In this document: positions 16,911 to 64,000 of the stretch, in pieces | How positions within the stretch are numbered: the stretch's first letter is position 1 | Layout: each line of letters begins with the position of its first letter | DNA from: the human T2T-CHM13v2.0 reference genome, Homo sapiens | DNA: 64,000 nucleotides | NCBI RefSeq assembly: GCF_009914755.1 | Contig: NC_060927.1 | Direction: 5' to 3' (one strand) | The notes under the pieces: model-generated | Told to the model about the DNA's origin: nothing | The model's database searches: none | Seen by the model: the letters and a program-made list of their open reading frames with translations, nothing else | Position numbers and translations under genes: made by a program

Positions 16911-17117
16911 TTTTCTTTTTTCTTTTTTTTTTTTTGTTGTTGTTTTGTTTTGTTTTGTTTTTTGAGATGGAGTTTTGCTCTTGTTGCCCAGACTGGAGTG
17001 CAATGGCGTGATCTTGGCTCACTGTAACCTCCGCCTCTTGGGTTGAAGCAATTTTCCTGCCTCAGCCTCCTGAATAGCTGGGATTACAGGTGTGTGCCAC
17101 CACGCCTGGCTAATTTA
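16911..17117 (-). mobile_element. 5'-truncated Alu (right arm)
   Basis: Flanked by cttccacttt on both sides. Confidence 0.9.
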
Positions 17118-17579
17118 CTTCCACTTTAAGCACGAATCATTTTAAGTGGAACCTTCTTTCATCAATTAAAGCCTCTTTTTTCCTTGCCTAATCCTCAAGT
17201 ATACCGTGACACAACCAAATATATATTTGGAAAGTTAAAGAAGCACATTCTAAAAGAGACTTTTGAAAATTTAGATAAAATTGGATTTGATCTTTTATCC
17301 TCCCTCAGATTTCTTCCTTGAGCCTTTTAAAAGTTTACCAAAGTTAGTCCGAGCAGTTGTTTATGATTGGCAGAATCTAAAACCCTTCTTAGAACAGTTT
17401 CAGGAAAAAAAAGGCAATAGAAACAACCCTGAATTGCCATGAGACTAACAACGTAAAAATCACAACTGTTACCATTTTTTTGTACCCTTCCAGAAAATGT
17501 TGTATAAACATACAGCTGATACCATCACTCTCCCTGCCACACTTACTTTTCTGTATCTTGTTTTGTTTTTTTGAGAGTA

Positions 17580-17922
17580 CAGATGCTCCTTAACTTAGAG
17601 GAGTCCCATTCCAATAAACCCGTCCTAAGTAAAAAATATATTTTGTATACCTAATCTAGTGAACGTCATAGCTTAGCCTTGCATACCTTAAACATGCTTA
17701 GAATGCTTACAGTATCCTAAAGTTGGGCAAAACTTTCTGACAACGTGGTAAATGTAGAGTATTGGTTGTTCACCCTTGTAATCGTATGGCTGAACGTGGC
17801 TCACCACCTCTGCCCAGCATGGTGAGAGTATCATACCGCTCTCTGCTGACTGTGTGTAACTTCCACACCATTGTGAAGTTGAAAAATTCTAAGTCAAATC
17901 ATCGTAAGTTAGGAGCTGTCTG
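17580..17922 (+). mobile_element. MER47-type TcMar-Tigger DNA transposon (MITE)
   Basis: CAGATGCTCCTTAACTTA... and ...TAAGTTAGGAGCTGTCTG terminal inverted repeats, flanked by TA on both sides. Confidence 0.85.
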
Positions 17923-19114
17923 TATACAATCTTGAAGATCCTTTTATATTTTTCTGTTTGTTTCATTTCAATGCCAAAGGATTCAAAGCAACATCTTTAC
18001 ACTTATTAGCTATAAAAACAAAGCTTTAAAGATAGGAAACAACGTTGTATGGGTAAATTGCTTTTTTGATAAGTTTACATGGTGCTTTTGCCTGGTTATA
18101 GGAGACTAAAAACATTTTATGTAATTAACAAATTATATAAATTTGAATAGGCATGAGCAAAGAATATAACCCCAGTTTTATTTTTATCATTTCAAATGCA
18201 AGGTCAACACAAACACTGTTAATTTGCAGCCTTTCTGTGGAGTGCAAATGCTAAAATTGGGCCCCTATTTTTAAAACTTGAGGCAAGGGATAGAAAGCAT
18301 TTTGAATACAGGAAAGGATATGCAGGATGACTGAAACCACAGAGATTCAAAGCCAGCCACACCACAAGTAGCATTTTGCAGACCCAGGGAATTATGCTTA
18401 ACAATCCTAAAAAAACTATTTAATCTCTTTGAACACAAAATAAGAATGTCTGTAAATAGTTTTAAATATAGTAAAGCTTTCTAAAGGTGAGAATCCAATG
18501 AAATGAGTATTTAATGCTAAGATGTAAGAAACTGCATCTGGGGAGTAAGATGACTTCTATTTACTCCTTTTTCTACTGACTTGAGCTCTTTAGAATTTTT
18601 TAAAAAACAATGTAGAATTAAATAGCGGACAATAGTATATTTAAAATAAGACCAAAAGATTAATTGCACATTTAATTAGAACCAGGCCCCAGAAAAATTG
18701 TAAGAGATAGAAATCTGTGATTTTGAAAGAACACCAAAATTCCTGAATAAATTTGTGTACAGATCACAAATGAGCCATACTCTTAGAGGGCTTCACACAA
18801 TTTAATTTTTCAATGATCAATGAAATTTCAGTGAATAAATTATTTTGAAAATTGATGTGCTTCACTGAAAAATTAGGGATGATATTGAACCTTCTATATA
18901 AATACAAGTTTATAAAAGTGTATAAAAAAGAGGATTTTCCACTTAGCTTCAATTCCTATTGTTTTATAAAGCACTTGTTTTCACTTATTTTCTGAGGCAC
19001 ATATTAACTGTCTGATAGAACTAAGTGTTTATGAGAAATACAATATAATTCGTATTCATCTTTAGCTTTACACTGAATAGAAAAGCCACTAAGTCATTTT
19101 AAAAATAAGAGTTG

Positions 19115-19190
19115 TGGCTACTCTGTCTATGGAGTAGCCATTCTTTTATTCCTTTACTTTCTTAATAAACTTGCTTTCACTTAAAAAAAA
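19115..19190 (+). mobile_element. Polyadenylated MER41-type LTR R-region fragment (5' part of a chimeric retrotranscript)
   Basis: ctctgtctatggagtagccattcttttattcctttactttcttaataaacttgctttcactt matches the recalled MER41 R segment; AATAAA at 19164-19169; A8 at 19183-19190. Confidence 0.8.
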
Positions 19191-19823
19191 TAGGAACACT
19201 CTTACACTGTTGGTGGGAGTGTAAATTAGTTCAACCGTTGTGGAAGACAGTGTGGCAATTCCTTAAGGATCTAGAACCAGAAATACCATTTGACCCAGCA
19301 ATCCAATTACTGGGTATATACCCAAAGGATTATAAATCATTCTACTATAAAGACACATGCACACGTATGTTTATTGCGGCACTGTTCACAATAGCAAAGA
19401 CTTGGAACCAGCCCAAATGCCTATCAATGATAGACTGGGTAAAGAAAATGTGGCATATATACACCATGGAATACTATGCAGCCATAAAAAAGGATGAGTT
19501 CATGTCCTTGCAGGGACGTGGATGAAGCTGGAAACCATCATTCTCAGCAAACTAACACAAGAACGGAAAACCATTCTCACTCTGTATGTTCTCACTCATA
19601 AGTGGGAGTTGAACAATGAGAACACATGGACACAAGGAGGGGAACATCACACACCAGGGTCTATTGGGGGGTAGGGGCTAGGGGAGGGATAGCATTAGGA
19701 GAAATACCTAATGTAGATGGTGGGTTGATGGGTGCAGCAAACCACCATGGCACATGTATACTTATGTGACAAACCTGCATGTTCTCTGCACATGTATCCC
19801 AGAACTTAAAGTATAATAAAAAT
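19191..19823 (+). mobile_element. L1PA (about PA7/PA8) 3' fragment: ORF2 C-terminus and 3' UTR
   Basis: ORF 19238..19525 is the L1 ORF2 C-terminus (frameshifted); 3' UTR ends cagaacttaaagtataataaaa; TSD aaataagagttg at 19103-19114 and 19824-19835 also encloses the MER41 piece. Confidence 0.93.
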
Positions 19824-20170
19824 AAATAAGAGTTGCATTGCTAGATATCAGAAGTCTTAAAAATGTAAGTAATTCTACTTTTAGATATTTATCACACAGA
19901 ATAAACATGGAGAAGAACAAAGATTTATCTGCAAGGATGTTCATTGAAGCATTATTTGTAATGAAAAATTAGAAGCAGTACAAATACTCTGAAAGAGGGG
20001 ATTTACCAAATAAGTTATGATATAGTAATATGTAGCCATTAAGTATTATGTTGATGAACAACATGAAAACATAGTGACAATGTGTTAGTACCAACAAAAA
20101 GGTTATAATATTGTATGGTCACATTGTTCTCACCCCCAAAAAGGTACACATGTGTTTTGAAAGTAGGTCA

Positions 20171-20512
<342 letters not shown>

Positions 20513-20695
20513 TTATATTTGTTGATATTTCTGGATAGAAGGATTATGAGTAATGTTAATTTTCTGTTTGGGACATTCATTATCAATTATTTTCTGCAGT
20601 GAACACACACCACCTTGTGACTTTTCCTATAGCCCAGTTTTACATAATTTTTTCCTCTTTAGTTTGTCTTACTCAGAATACAAAAGCCCCCTTGC

Positions 20696-20910
20696 CCCCA
20701 ACTTTCGAAGGCCAAGACAGGAGGACTGCTTAAGGCTAGGAGTTCAAGACCAGCCTGGACAACATAGTGAGATCCTGTCTCTACAAAAAACTTAAAAAAT
20801 TAGCTGGGTACAGTGGCACATGCCTGTAGTCCTACCTATTCAGGAGGCTGAGGTGGGAGGATCACTTAAGCCTAGGAGTTCGGGACTGCAGTGAGCCACA
20901 ATCATGCCAT
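20696..20910 (+). mobile_element. AluJ fragment
   Basis: Diverged Alu truncated at both ends. Confidence 0.85.
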
Positions 20911-21451
20911 AAAAAAGAAGAGCCCCACAGACCCTCAGAGACTTCACATGGGGTAGGGGAAAGAATGTGGCAGTGGTTGGATATTGTAAAGCTGAATGTT
21001 AAAACCACAAATCCCATTATAAGATAAGCAGATGCTGAATTCACCTTTTTTGTAGACATTATTCGTGTCTTAAAAAATTTTACTTTCTGACCTTATGCTG
21101 TACATTTATAAATGCTATACTTTTCTCAAACTTGAAATGCAATGCTTATTTTCTTGAAATCGTGGGGTAAAATGCAAATAGAAATTATTAATTCATTAGG
21201 CTATTGAGAAATATCTGTGTAAAAGCACAAGGTGAGAAAAATAGGTGTTTCTTCCCCTTACTGAGTCTCAGTTATAGTTTGGCTGGCCTATGCTGAGAGA
21301 TTGTTACCAGGGGACCTACTCATATTTGTTCTTTGTCAGCCAGATCTCATAGATAATTCCTCCTAGAGAATGTACTTCCTCTGTACCTTATATTGCTTAG
21401 TTAAATGTTTCCAAAGGCTTCATGCTTTTTTTATAATATTGCTTTTTCTAG

Positions 21452-21487
21452 ATATAAAGACCTGAAGATAGTCTTTTCTGTCCAAAG
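21452..21487 (+). other. PLS1: 5' UTR part of the PLS1 ATG exon (36 nt)
   Basis: Acceptor gctttttctAG ends at 21451; strong Kozak context AAG-ATG-G at 21488. Confidence 0.85.
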
Positions 21488-61823
<40,336 letters not shown>

Positions 61824-61870
61824 GTAATCAAGAGTCCTAAAAAAAATTTTTTTTTGTAGGTATAGGAAGG

Positions 61871-61872
<2 letters not shown>

Positions 61873-61903
<31 letters not shown>

Positions 61904-62194
61904 GAGATGGAGTCTCGCTCTGTCACCCAGGCTGGTGTGCAGTGGCGCGATCTTGGCTCACTGCAAGCTCTGCCTCCCAGGTTCACACCATTCTCCTGCC
62001 TCAGCCTCCTGAGTAGCTGGGACTACAGGTGCCCGCCACCACACCCGGCTAATTTTTTTTTTTTTTTTGTATTTTTAGTAGACATGGGGTTTCACCATGT
62101 TAGCCAGGATGGTCTCGCTCTCCTGACCTCGTGATCCGCCCGCCTCAGCCTCCCAAAGTGTTGGGATTACAGGCATGAGCTACCACGCCTGGCC
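61873..62194 (-). mobile_element. AluY-like with long poly-T, ~50 nt after the coding exon 13 donor
   Basis: ~30-nt T tail, expanded middle T-run; TSD aggaa(g/c)gaatttt. Confidence 0.94.
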
Positions 62195-64000
62195 AGGAAC
62201 GAATTTTTATTGGAAATTACATTGGTTTGGTTTAGAAATATATTAATGTTGTATGTCAGAAACATGATTTATGAGTTTAGGCATACTAATTATTTGGCCT
62301 GTGTAAACTTGAAATATTCAGTTTTAATTACTAAATTTTTGATTGGTTGTCCAGTTAAGTATAAATGTAGGTTAATATTATCTGACTCTGGTAATCTAAT
62401 CTTAAAAAATAAACAGAATAGAGCTAAAAAAAATCCAGTTATCAAATGAAAAAGATAAGAAGCCATTGTTTATATAGGACCTATAATGTTTTGTGCTCCC
62501 TAGCAGCAGTCTCAGAATTGTATTGACATCATTTCCAAGGCATAACAGAGCCAGCCAAACCGATTCAAGTGGGAATTGAGAAAACTGGTAGGAAAAAAAA
62601 AATCTTGTCATCTGGCTTCATAATGGCACTTAACACTCACTTCCAAGCATTTGTGGATGATTCATAAAGCACTCAAAATGTAATCTGTACATACATACCC
62701 ACTAATTTTCATGCATTTCCATTGTGTTTTGCTTTTGCATGCAAGCCGATGTTAGCTACAAATAAGCATGTCTGCTTGTACACATTCATTCAGTGAGCCT
62801 TGTGTTTGTGATTTTATTATGTGTGAAAAACTAGCAATAAATTTGTGGTTTTTTTACTGAAATAAAGTACAAAGAGATGAAACACTAAGCTATCCTAAGA
62901 GATTATCTACCCATTTTTATTTCTCTCTTTGCCTTCGCTCTATATGCTTAACAACATTGCAAAGTGAAAGAAATGTCAGAAATTTATCAGTTCAATCTTC
63001 TCATGTTTGCCAAAAACTAAGACCCAAAACGGTTTTAACAGGACAGCTGGATATTGGCAGAGACGTTGCCTGAGTCCTAGTTCAATTGATTTCCACCCCC
63101 CCTTTTCTATCTTGGAAGAAACTAATGACATTGAGTTTTTGTTACTGCTTGTTTTTTTTGAAGTAATTTTCAGTGCATGATTTGTCTCTCTGTGTTTTAA
63201 ACATAAAACACAAAAATATAAAATAGCAATGGGGATTGTATTATAAAATTCTCTAATTGGCAGTTATTCTTTAAAATTGTTATGTTGAAATTATATGCAT
63301 TTGCACATTATAGAAAATATTAAACATGTATATAGTTAATATGAGAAAATATTTAGGAGCAAATTAATATTTATTGAGCTCCTATTAAGTAACTTTTATA
63401 AGTAAAGAAAAAGGCATAAAGTATAGGAAATTAATTTGGCCCTCAGAGTGTTCACCATTTATTTTAAAGACAAAGATTGTATAACTGAGAAGGTAACAAT
63501 ACTACAGAGTAATAAAATCCAAGTAATGCAACTAATATTATGGATGAAAAGTCTGATCATTTCCAATTGAATGGTCAGTGAAGAGCCGATAAAGACAGCT
63601 GGATTTGAACATCATAGATGGTGGGAGGATTTGAATTAGTGGAGAGAAAGGGGGATAACAAACTTAGAAGGGTCCATCTTGAATAAAGGCATGTCTCAGA
63701 AAGTTAGGAGAAATAGGACGGTTCCTAAGGGATGTTGCGCAAGACATAAATTGGGTCAAGATTGTAGAGGATTTTGGCCTAAATAAAGGATATTGAGTAA
63801 AGGGGGTAATAAGAAAGGCAATTATTTTAGGAATACCAATCTGAATGTAGTGAACAGGATGGGGAGGGAGAATAGTGTAACTGCAAGGACAATGCAAAAG
63901 AATCCAAGGCAGTACTCAAGGTGTGATGTAATAAGGGGGCTGGGGCTGGGAATGGAAATGGTAAGATTAGAAAGCTATAAGTTATTGCAAAAGAAGAACT

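Overview
Human (primate) genomic DNA, AT-rich and Alu/L1-dense. It contains most of PLS1 (plastin-1 / I-plastin / fimbrin) on the + strand: about 21 kb upstream of the ATG exon, then 13 coding exons (ATG at 21488, last exon in the window ends at 61823). These splice in frame through GT-AG introns into 1629 nt / 543 codons (two EF-hands, ABD1 and most of ABD2). The stop codon lies beyond the window. Nearly all other listed ORFs are Alu or L1 read-throughs or chance ORFs. The most notable non-coding items are L1-mobilised RNA copies with intact target-site duplications (TSDs): (1) a chimera of a short, hairpin-headed, polyadenylated MER41-type LTR R-region RNA fused to an L1PA 3' end inside one TSD (19115-19823); (2) a polyadenylated 28S rRNA 3'-end retrocopy (SINE28-like); (3) a tailless 7SK retrocopy. 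Also notable are an 81-nt in-frame, stop-free intron in ABD1 and a candidate cryptic microexon after the first coding exon. Repeat families and subfamilies were assigned by eye from remembered consensus sequences and need RepeatMasker/Dfam confirmation.
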